Shown: positions 8,941 through 16,929, counted from the first letter of the stretch. The stretch: DNA of 32,000 nucleotides from Mycoplasmoides genitalium G37 (GCF_000027325.1 NC_000908.2:390001-422000), one strand, 5' to 3'. Numbers and translations are program-made. The notes: generated by a model not told the origin, from the sequence alone.

Positions 8941-9798
8941 AACTCTAGAAAAATTTTTAGTAATTAGGATGATTCTTAGGATGAAATAGACCAAATTCAT
9001 GAAGCTGCTAATTAATCAAGCCCCAAAGAATAAAGCAGATCTTCAGCTCTGTCTTCTTGCCATTTCATAATCTTCACTTTCATAGTATTTAATCAAATCT
9101 TGTTCATTACGGATCTGTAAACTCACAAAATAAACTGAAATTAATGAAAAGATTCCCCCTACTATTAAAGATAAGCCAGGGATAATTCTATCAAGTAGGT
9201 TTGTTGTAGAAGCAAACACTGTAAAGTTCAAAATAAAGCTCAATAAGCTCGCTACAATACTAATTACAAAAGCCCATAATAAGATGTGAAACAAAGTTTG
9301 GGTTTGTTGATATCGCCTTTTTTGACTTGGTAGCGCACTTAATCCTCACACTGAACCAAACACCAAACTAGCACCTAAAAAAGCATAAACAATGTCATTA
9401 GCTTCAAAGTTAACTTGTTTTGAAAATGTCGTTGCTAAAGTTAATAAGATCCCAAGGGTTATCCCATAACTAATCACATCAGTAATGATTAAGGCCCAAA
9501 ACCATGTCAAACTAGTGTTGGGATTCCTTAATTTAAAAGCAGTAACAAAATAAAGAATTAAAGAGACAAAACTAGTAATAACTGCAATAGTACTAAGTGT
9601 TCTAAAATCACTAGCTAAATCAATTAGTGTGCTTCTTGAAAGCAATTGTTGTACTGTTAATGCAACAAGAAAGATAAAAAAGATCCCAAAAGCAGCTACC
9701 ATAAAAGTTAAACGGATTACAGAAAGCTGTTTTGTTTGTACAAACTGCTTTGCTGCTAAACCGTTTTGATCAATATAGCCTTTTGTTGAATTAATCAT
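8938..9798 (-). CDS. Polytopic membrane protein (286 aa; MG_320-like), possibly of the BAX-inhibitor-1/YccA family
   Basis: Track ORFs 9346-9798 and 9043-9294 share a frame. TGAs at 9346-9348, 9043-9045 and 9016-9018 are read through to TAG at 8938-8940. ATG at 9798. About 7 hydrophobic segments. The C-terminal segment SALFFGAWLISSFMNLVYFILRIIL resembles the BI-1 C-terminal pattern. The family call is tentative. Confidence 0.8.
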
Positions 9799-9867
9799 GA
9801 CAATTTGACTTGTTAAATTTTAATTTGTCAATATAAAAAAACTAATAATTGCAAAATATATAGATAA

Positions 9868-9958
9868 GGATACTTACCCAAGTGGCTGAAGGGGTAGGCT
9901 TGGAAAGCTTATAGATGGGTAAAACCATGCGAGGGTTCGAATCCCTCAGTATCCGCCA
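9868..9958 (+). tRNA. trnS: tRNA-Ser (class II, long variable arm); I read the anticodon as GGA; CCA encoded
   Basis: Acceptor ggatact/agtatcc. Anticodon stem taggc/gctta with loop ttGGAaa. Variable-arm helix atgg/ccat. T arm gaggg-ttcgaat-ccctc. Ends gCCA. The anticodon was read by hand and should be confirmed with tRNAscan-SE. Confidence 0.9.
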
Positions 9959-9959
9959 G

Positions 9960-10048
9960 GGAGATTTACCCAAGTGGCTGAAGGGGGCGCTCTCGAAAAG
10001 CGTTAGGTGGTTATCCACGCGTGGGTTCAAATCCCACAATCTCCGCCA
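9960..10048 (+). tRNA. trnS: tRNA-Ser (anticodon CGA), CCA encoded
   Basis: Acceptor ggagatt/aatctcc. Anticodon stem gcgct/agcgt with loop ctCGAaa. Long variable arm. T loop ttcaaat. It starts 1 nt after the previous tRNA. Confidence 0.92.
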
Positions 10049-10067
10049 AATTCTTAACTGTATAAAC

Positions 10068-10097
10068 AAAAAACACACCATTTTGGTGTGTTTTTTT
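10068..10097. terminator. Bidirectional intrinsic terminator between the convergent tRNA-Ser pair (+) and the lipoprotein gene (-)
   Basis: aaaaaacacacca-ttt-tggtgtgtttttt. The 9-bp core stem is aacacacca/tggtgtgtt, extendable by A:T pairs. It has an A-tract on the 5' side and a T-tract on the 3' side, so it looks like a terminator on both strands. Confidence 0.8.
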
Positions 10098-10118
10098 ATG
10101 TCCATAAGTTAGTTGAAT

Positions 10119-12923
10119 TTACTCATCAATGTAACCTGAATCACGCATTGTAGCAATCCCTGAAGGGGCATTACGGAGTGAAAATCATGGTTTTAAAAGC
10201 GAAGGAATAGTTTCATTTAACCCAGGAGCGGAGACTGGTAGAACAGGAAAGTAACTATCTACTACAGTAATTAAGAACTTAGCATTATCAGTGTCCTGTT
10301 CAGCTCAAATGCTGTTAAATCGGTTAAGTTGAGCAGCGTTGTCATAAAGATCTTTCAATTCATAACCAATGTGGATATCTGATACATTTGCTGGTTTGTT
10401 GTCATCTATCTTGCTTCTTTTTGATAGATATTTATCAGGATCTTTAATTGCTTCTTTAACTTTATCAGCTTTCAATACCTTATTATCAACTAAAAATTTC
10501 AGTAAGCTTAATGCTTTTTTAGTGAATGCTAATGAAGCGGATGTACCGTTATTACCATTAGTACCAAAGTTCTTAATGACATAGGGATCATCTTTAAAAA
10601 GATCAGCACTTGTTATGCAACTACACCAGTCTTTTCCGTTAGTTGTTGTGTTATTTTGAAGTTTATTTTCAATTTGATTAAAGACATTGTTTTGGGATGC
10701 AGCTAACAATAAAGTTCTGACAATATGACTACCTGAATTGTAAGTAATTACTTCACCAATACCCTCACTGTTAAGCTGTGTAGCAGCATCAAGTCAGGTA
10801 CCAACCCCATCATAATCAGGACTCCAATAAGAAAAACCAAGTACACTTGATAAACCTATGTATCATTCGTTTCTTGTTGGACCTTGTGCATCTCCTAAGA
10901 TAATCTCAGGGATAATTAAATTTTCACCATTATCATTACCAAGTTCAGTTAAAGCTTGTTTTAAAGCGTTATAGTAATCAACTTGGTTAGAGGAGAGTGA
11001 TGCATTTCCTAGTTTAATGTTGAAGTGTAATGGATTGTTACCAGTAAACCCAACTTTTTTTAATGCACTGATAAAACTTTGCTTGGTAACACTTACTTGT
11101 TTTGAAGAAACTTGACTAGTTTGACTACTGCTGCCACTAGTAGAAGCTGTTCTTACTTGAGCACCATTAGTTTTTGTAGAGCTATAGTAACTTAACTTAA
11201 CAGTTGCAGTATCAAGAACATTCTTATCCTTTTGAAAAGTTCCAGTTTGTTCAGGGATTAAACCAAGTCTTTGGTTGTTGTTAATCTTGTAATAATAATC
11301 ATTCTCAATTCCATCTGTATTTGTACCACTACTAGTTCCATTTGCTGGTTTTTCTTTAAAGATCCCAAAAGGAACAGTAGAATAGTTAACATCTCCTGAG
11401 TTGGGCAGATCAATGATTGCTAAGTTCTTTCAGTTGATCAAACCATTAATTCCAGCACGGATAGTCAACGCTTCTTCAGATTCACTGTTATATAAGAACT
11501 TAGCTTCTGTCTCAGTGATGTTTGCATTTAGTTGAACAGTACTGTCATTAGCAACATAAGGTTTACCTGAATAAGTTACTTGAGCACTTTGCGCAGTTTT
11601 TTGGATTTTTAATCACCTCAGATCCCCTGTACCATTAAACCTTGATCTTGCATCTTGTTGTTGGGAATAGGGAACAGCTGAAGCTGATAAGCCCCCAGCG
11701 ATATAACTAGAATAGAACACTTCAGGAGTAGCTCCTGGTTGGAAATAACTAACTATAGCAGGGATAGGTTTTTCGTTTTCTTGTCTTGTTTTAGGAAGAT
11801 TAGGGGTGATAATTGCATCATAAATCTGGTTGCGTTTAAAGACAATTTGTGCTTGGTTAAAACTCTCAACATAGTAAGGGCCAACTGATCAAGTGTCTTT
11901 TCAAGCATTAACACCCCCTCCATAGATACCATCAAAGTTAGTATTTGCTTGATCTAAAATCTTTCTGTTGTTATTTTGGTTATATTTAAGCGGTGAATCT
12001 TTACCTAGTTTAAGGGCTTTTACCTTAGGATGGGTGTGAGGAATTGGAAAGAAGAATTCCTTTGACATCATTGATAGAAAGAAAGGAAAAGGAGAAGTTA
12101 GATAAACATTAAACTTGTTATCATCTACACTTCTATAGTTTTCAACATCATAATTTTCATCAGTGATCTCAATACCTTTACCATTGCCATCACTAGAACC
12201 GTTGGTTTTATCCATACCAACGGTTTTTTCAACATCAAGACCCATTAGGTCAATGAAATAACCATTCCGGTTAAAACCTAAGTTAGAAGAGAGAATATAG
12301 GTCTCAAAACCCCTTTCAAAGTCTTTAGAGGAGAGTTTAACTGGTTGGTTGTTTTGTTTGACTTCTCTACCAGCATTATCAACCCAGCTCAAACTAGTGT
12401 TAATGGTAAATTCATATCTGGTTGCTTCTTGGGTTATCTTGTGATAGTTAGGATCTTCAGTAATAGACTTTGAACTATCACGATAAATTGTGCCTATTGC
12501 ATCCCACTCATTGAACTTAGTGTAATCATTCTTACTAGATCCATCAGAAGAATCTGTTGAACCGTTTTTTTGTGCTCTACCTTTAAGGCCACTGTGTGTT
12601 GTCTTTTTATAGCCAGTAACTGATAAAGCAAGTTCTAACACTAATTTTTCTTTAATTTGGTCAGTAACATTAACCCCATCATCACGGTTTGTACCAGTAG
12701 CAACATAGTTAGTTAACCCTGCATAAGCATTACCAAAAAAAGATGAAGTGGGTGAAACGTTAAACATGCTCAATGGAACAGAGTTGTTCTTTAACAAATC
12801 TGCTGAAGAAGAGGTGAAAAACACCCCTTTGTTTAACTGTGAGGATGCACAAGCACTTAGGATTAGTGCTGCACTAACTGTCAGTGTAGAACCGAGCAAC
12901 AAGTATCTTTTTTTTAATTTCAT
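10119..12923 (-). CDS. Large surface lipoprotein (934 aa; MG_321-like), possibly a solute-binding-protein-like fold
   Basis: ATG at 12923. The signal peptide [25 protein letters not shown] carries a lipobox (LSAC). Track ORFs 11901-12923 and 10305-10709 share a frame. I followed the frame from TGA at 10305-10307 to TAA at 10119-10121. The resulting 934 aa equals the MG_321 length I recall. The solute-binding resemblance is a guess. Confidence 0.9.
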
Positions 12924-13133
12924 TGTGTTCTTTCATAAATAAATCGGTTAATTGATTGCTGATTAGTAAAAAAGAGTTAAAAAACAGCAATTTACCCTTA
13001 GTTAAAAACTAAAAGTAGTTTTATTCTAGTTTGCAATCACATTAGATTGCAAAATCAAAAACTAATGTTTTTATCAATTGCTCACTTTTTAAACAAGAAA
13101 ATGCTTAATACAAAGTTAGCAAAACTAAAAACA

Positions 13134-13218
13134 TGGTGCACCCGAAGGGACTTGAACCCCCACTTCTAGATGAAACTAGATCCTAAGTCTAGCGCGTCTA
13201 CCATTCCGCCACGAGTGC
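13134..13218 (-). tRNA. trnL: tRNA-Leu (anticodon UAG), class II, CCA encoded
   Basis: Minus strand: gcactcg...ctaga-ctTAGga-tctag...long variable arm...ttcaagt...cgggtgc-a-cca. Confidence 0.9.
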
Positions 13219-13223
13219 ATTAT

Positions 13224-13299
13224 TGGTGCATCTTGAGGGGATCGAACCCACGACCCAATGATTAAGAGTCATTTGCTCTACCAACTGAGCTAAAGATGC
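13224..13299 (-). tRNA. trnK: tRNA-Lys (anticodon CUU), CCA encoded
   Basis: Acceptor gcatctt/aagatgc. Anticodon arm aatga-ctCTTaa-tcatt. T loop ttcgatc. The T stem has one U-U mismatch as I fold it. Confidence 0.88.
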
Positions 13300-13305
13300 A
13301 GATAG

Positions 13306-13381
13306 TGGTGCCGACTATAGGATTTGAACCTACGACCTATTGATTACAAGTCAATTGCTCTACCAACTGAGCTAAGTCGGC
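13306..13381 (-). tRNA. trnT: tRNA-Thr (anticodon UGU), CCA encoded
   Basis: Acceptor gccgact/agtcggc. Anticodon arm attga-ctTGTaa-tcaat. T loop ttcaaat. Confidence 0.9.
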
Positions 13382-13382
13382 A

Positions 13383-13458
13383 TGGTGGATTGTGAGGGGA
13401 TCGAACCCCCGACCCTATGCTTGTAAGGCATATGCTCTCCCAGCTGAGCTAACAATCC
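13383..13458 (-). tRNA. trnV: tRNA-Val (anticodon UAC), CCA encoded
   Basis: Acceptor ggattgt/acaatcc. Anticodon arm tatgc-ctTACaa-gcata. T loop ttcgatc. Confidence 0.9.
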
Positions 13459-13466
13459 ATCACTTA

Positions 13467-13541
13467 TGGTGCCGAATACAGGAATTGAACCTGTAGCCTA
13501 TGCATTACGAGTGCATCGCTCTGCCCTTGAGCTAATTCGGC
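13467..13541 (-). tRNA. trnT: tRNA-Thr (anticodon CGU), CCA encoded
   Basis: Acceptor gccgaat/attcggc. Anticodon arm atgca-ctCGTaa-tgcat. T loop ttcaatt. Confidence 0.9.
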
Positions 13542-13543
13542 AT

Positions 13544-13620
13544 TGGTGACGCGTACGGGATTCAAACCCGTGAATGCACGCGTGAAAGGCGTGTGTGTTA
13601 AGTCTCTTCACCAACGCGCC
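13544..13620 (-). tRNA. trnE: tRNA-Glu (anticodon UUC), CCA encoded
   Basis: Acceptor ggcgcgt/acgcgtc (one G-U pair). Anticodon arm cacgc-ctTTCac-gcgtg. T loop tttgaat. Confidence 0.88.
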
Positions 13621-13626
13621 AAATAA

Positions 13627-13701
13627 TGGCGGCCACAACAGGGATCGAACCTGTGACCAACCGGTTAACAGCCGGTTGCTCTACCGCTGAGCTATGTGGC
13701 C
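13627..13701 (-). tRNA. trnN: tRNA-Asn (anticodon GUU), CCA encoded
   Basis: Acceptor ggccaca/tgtggcc. Anticodon arm accgg-ctGTTaa-ccggt. T loop ttcgatc. Confidence 0.9.
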
Positions 13702-13710
13702 TGAGAATAA

Positions 13711-13716
13711 ATTCTA
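13711..13716 (-). promoter_or_regulatory. Candidate -10 box (TAGAAT on the minus strand) for the 7-tRNA operon
   Basis: Plus-strand attcta at 13711-13716, with 9 nt between the box and the mature 5' end of tRNA-Asn (13701). It sits in the 21-nt gap after the ktrB stop (13723-13725) and is embedded in the palindrome ttctagaa. This is a motif match only. Confidence 0.35.
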
Positions 13717-13722
13717 GAATTT

Positions 13723-15420
13723 CTAGCCAATTTTAACAGCTTCCTTAGGATATGAATAACTATTTGCTTTGGGATGTTTTCTAACAAAAGTTAGCACAGA
13801 ACTGGACACACCAACCTGTCCCATAACCATTAATAGACATAAAGCAAGGAAATTAAAGGTATTTCTATTTGGATCTAAAGCAATGTTAACAGTAGCTCCA
13901 CTTGAAAGTCCAACTGTTCCAAAAGCACTAGTTGTTTCAAATAAAGCATCAATGAAACTAACTGGTTGTTCCATACTTAAAGGTAGAAGAACAGCTGTTA
14001 GTAAAACTGCAATTAAGCTTATGATTAGTACTAAAAAAGCATCTATTACTGTAGTTTGATCGATTGAACGCTTAAATGCTTTTACTTCCTTTTGACCTTT
14101 AAACTTAGCAACTAGAGCTAAAAAGATTACTGCTAGCGTAGTTGTTCTAATCCCCCCAGCAGTAGAAGAGGGACTAGCACCAATAAACATTGCCAATGCA
14201 ATAATTATTTTTGTAGTTTGAATCTCACTAGCAACAGGGAAAACACTAAAACCTGCTGAACGGGATGAAATAACCATAAAAAAGAGCTGCATTACCCTAC
14301 TTGCATTAGGGTTATTACCAAAAACTGACGCATGGATTGCTTGGTTAGATTGTGATTGCAATTGGGTATTTATTAAACTCTTTTTTTCATCACTAAAATT
14401 AACAATAGTGTTAGTTAAACTATCACTAGCAATAAATTCCACCATTAAAAGTAAGGTGAAAAAAAGCAGGATTACAACGATATTAGTAATTACTGTCAAC
14501 TTGGTAAATAGACTAAATTGGTGTTTTGTGTGTCTACCATACTTAATCTTTTTTTTAATGGCTTCAAAGCCATCAAACAAACAAGGATAACCAATTCCCC
14601 CAAAGATAATTTGGCTAATAGTTAACCACTGAATAATAATACCAAGTCCATTTCTATAAGGAACAAAAGAACTACCCCCTATCAGATCTATCCCAGCATT
14701 ATTAACTGCTGATAAGGAATGGAAAAAACCTGCTTGAAAAGCCTTATTAATATCATTAAAAGCTGCTATTGTTTGGTTTGAATCAACTACTAAAGCTTTT
14801 AATTGAGTTGAAACTTTTGCATGATCTGCAAACAAGTTAGCAGGTTCAAAGCCTGGGATGAAATAAAACAAAATACCATATAAAAATCCATAAATTAGTT
14901 CAACGATAAAAAGAAAGATGATAGATACTAAGATCATCTCACTAGTATTACCTAGCTTAGAACCACCTCGTTCTGATTGCAACATTAACTTTTCATAAAA
15001 ACTGTATTGTTCCTTCTTGTGAAAGTTAAACAATCGTCATGCTAAAAAAGCAATAACAACAAATCCAATCCCTCCTAACTGGAGTAATACTGCTAAAACT
15101 ATCTGGCCAAAGATACTGTATGTTTTTGATACAACAACAGTAGAAAGTCCTGTATCACTAAAAGCACTGGTTGATAAAAATAATGCATCTAAAAAGTTGT
15201 AATCAGTTTTCTGTTCAAATCTTTTTCCCTGTCAATCAATTCCATAACTAACCACTTTTTGGTAGTTATCTTGGAGTGCAATTGGCAAAAATAACAGCAA
15301 ACTTCCAAACAAGATGCAATAGATATAAAAACAAAAAATTCGTTGGGTAATAGTCTCACCTCAGCCAATTTTTTTTAACCAAGTGGTGAGTTTTACCATC
15401 TGGTTTTGTCTTCTTGTCAT
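13723..15420 (-). CDS. ktrB: Ktr/Trk-type K+ uptake system, membrane subunit (KtrB/NtpJ-like), 565 aa
   Basis: Track ORF 13723-15033 (TAG stop) extends upstream through TGAs at 15037-15039 and 15361-15363 to ATG at 15420. I checked every codon from 15034 to 15420 and found no TAA or TAG. The protein is polytopic, with repeated pore-loop-like segments (SAFSDTGLS, SAVNNAGID, SSRSAGFS, TSAFGTVGLSSG) typical of TrkH/KtrB. Confidence 0.9.
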
Positions 15421-15438
15421 TAAAAGAACGCTATCAAA

Positions 15439-15444
15439 TATAAT
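15439..15444 (+). promoter_or_regulatory. Candidate -10 box (TATAAT) for ktrA, implying a near-leaderless mRNA
   Basis: tataat at 15439-15444 and ATG at 15456, only 11 nt after the box. It lies in the 35-nt divergent spacer between ktrB and ktrA. This is a motif match only. Confidence 0.4.
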
Positions 15445-15455
15445 TTTACCAAGGT

Positions 15456-16139
15456 ATGAAACGTGCAGATTTTTGCATTATTGGTTTAGGTAGATTTGGG
15501 ATGCAGGTTGCACAATCACTAAAAGAAAACAACTTTAACTTACTTTTAATTGATCTTGATGATAAAAAAACTGACACCGCCTCGCAACAGTTTGATTATG
15601 TTATTTGTTGTGATGCTAGTAATCTAACTGCTTTAGAAGAGTTACAAATTGATGAATTTGCTGGGGTTATTGTTGGGGTTACCAACATAGAAGCGAGCAT
15701 CATGATATGTGCTAATTTAAGGGAATTAGGACAAAAAAACATTATTGCTAAAGCCAAAAATGAAGTACATAAAAGGGTGTTAAGCACAATGGGAATTAGA
15801 GAAGCTTTGATCCCTGAAAAGATTGTTGGTAAAAATCTGGTTATCCGCTTAATCCATGGGCTTGAAAATGAAATTATCAACCTTGGTAATGAGATAATTT
15901 TCATCCGTTCAGCAGTTAACAACAAGGCTTTTTTTAACAAAAGGTTAGAAGAGATTAACTTTAGGCAAAACACCGATGCTAACATTATCTCCATCATGCG
16001 CAGTAATAAAACTGTTGTTTTTCCTTTAGGACCAAATACTGAGATCCAACCAGGGGATATTATCACTGCAGTTTGTCAACAAAAAAGTTTAAATAAGTAC
16101 TTAAATTACATCAATCCTAAAACCAAAAATAAAAATTAA
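15456..16139 (+). CDS. ktrA: Ktr/Trk K+ uptake system, cytoplasmic RCK regulatory subunit (KtrA/TrkA-like), 227 aa
   Basis: Intact ORF. The N-terminal Rossmann motif IIGLGRFG marks an RCK_N domain, followed by a C-terminal RCK_C-like part. Stop is TAA at 16137-16139. It is divergent from ktrB. Confidence 0.9.
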   Translation: MKRADFCIIGLGRFGMQVAQSLKENNFNLLLIDLDDKKTDTASQQFDYVICCDASNLTALEELQIDEFAGVIVGVTNIEASIMICANLRELGQKNIIAKAKNEVHKRVLSTMGIREALIPEKIVGKNLVIRLIHGLENEIINLGNEIIFIRSAVNNKAFFNKRLEEINFRQNTDANIISIMRSNKTVVFPLGPNTEIQPGDIITAVCQQKSLNKYLNYINPKTKNKN

Positions 16140-16165
16140 AAAAAGGATCATCATGATCCTTTTTT
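16138..16165. terminator. Bidirectional intrinsic terminator shared by ktrA (+) and rnpB (-)
   Basis: aaaaaaggatcat-c-atgatcctttttt. The palindromic stem is flanked by an A-tract and a T-tract. It starts within the ktrA stop codon and lies immediately 3' of the rnpB 3' end on the other strand. Confidence 0.8.
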
Positions 16166-16167
16166 TA

Positions 16168-16522
16168 GATAGCATGCTGTCAATAAGCCATGTTCTGTTT
16201 TAAAGTCAGTTATTTATCTACAGCAATTGCTGTCATTACTTTAATTATTTGTTCTTAAAGCAACATTCCCTTACCAAAATTTAGGTTTCTTGCTTGTGGA
16301 GTTTACCGCGTTTCATACCTGGTTTTCACCAAGCTCGTCTCTGTGGCACTTTCAAAACATCATCATAGTATTAACCTTAGACTAGTTATGTCGTTATGGC
16401 TATCACATCCTAAATCTTATCGCTTTGATTTACACAAACACTACTTGCATTCCAGCAAGTGCAAGCATGGACTTTCCTCTACTTTAAATATATCTTTAAA
16501 GCAGCAACTAACCGACAGCGTC
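16168..16522 (-). ncRNA. rnpB: RNase P RNA, type B (Firmicutes/Mollicutes type); ends approximate (+/- 10 nt)
   Basis: Minus strand carries the universal motifs GAGGAAAGTCC (plus 16469-16479) and ACAGAACATGGCTTA (plus 16183-16197). It also carries GTGCCACAGAGACGAGC and GGTAAACTCCAC. The candidate P1 helix is gctgtc (5') with gacagc (3'), at plus 16514-16519 and 16175-16180. Confidence 0.85.
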
Positions 16523-16541
16523 AAAATTATAATTTGGTGTT

Positions 16542-16929
16542 GGGGATGTTTTGGGTTTGACATAATGCTGATAGACAAACAGTAGCATTGGGGTATGCCC
16601 CTTACAGCGCTAGGTTCAATAACCGACAAAGAAAATAACGAAGTGTTGGTAGATCCAAATTTGATCATTAACCAACAAGCAAGTGTTAACTTTGCTTTTG
16701 CATAAGTAGATACTAAAGCTACAGCTGGTGAATAGTCATAGTTTGCTAGCTGTCATAGTTTATGACTCGAGGTTAAATCGTTCAATTTAACCTTTAAAAA
16801 TAGAACTTGTTGTTTCCATGATTGTTTTGTGATCAATTGGAAACAAGACAAAAATCCACAAAACTAAAATGTAGAAGCTGTTTGTTGTGTCCTTTATGGA
16901 AACGGGTTCGATTCCCGTCATCTCCACCA
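16542..16929 (+). ncRNA. ssrA: tmRNA (SsrA), 388 nt
   Basis: 5' GGGGATGTTTTGGGTTTGAC and a 3' tRNA-like end GGTTCGATTCCCGTCATCTCCACCA. The internal tag ORF 16625-16705 encodes DKENNEVLVDPNLIINQQASVNFAFA followed by TAA. Confidence 0.95.

Noticed and set aside
9842-10112. ORFs 9842-10105 (-) and 9915-10112 (+).
   Set aside because: They lie across the two tRNA-Ser genes and the terminator. The cloverleaf structures explain the sequence.
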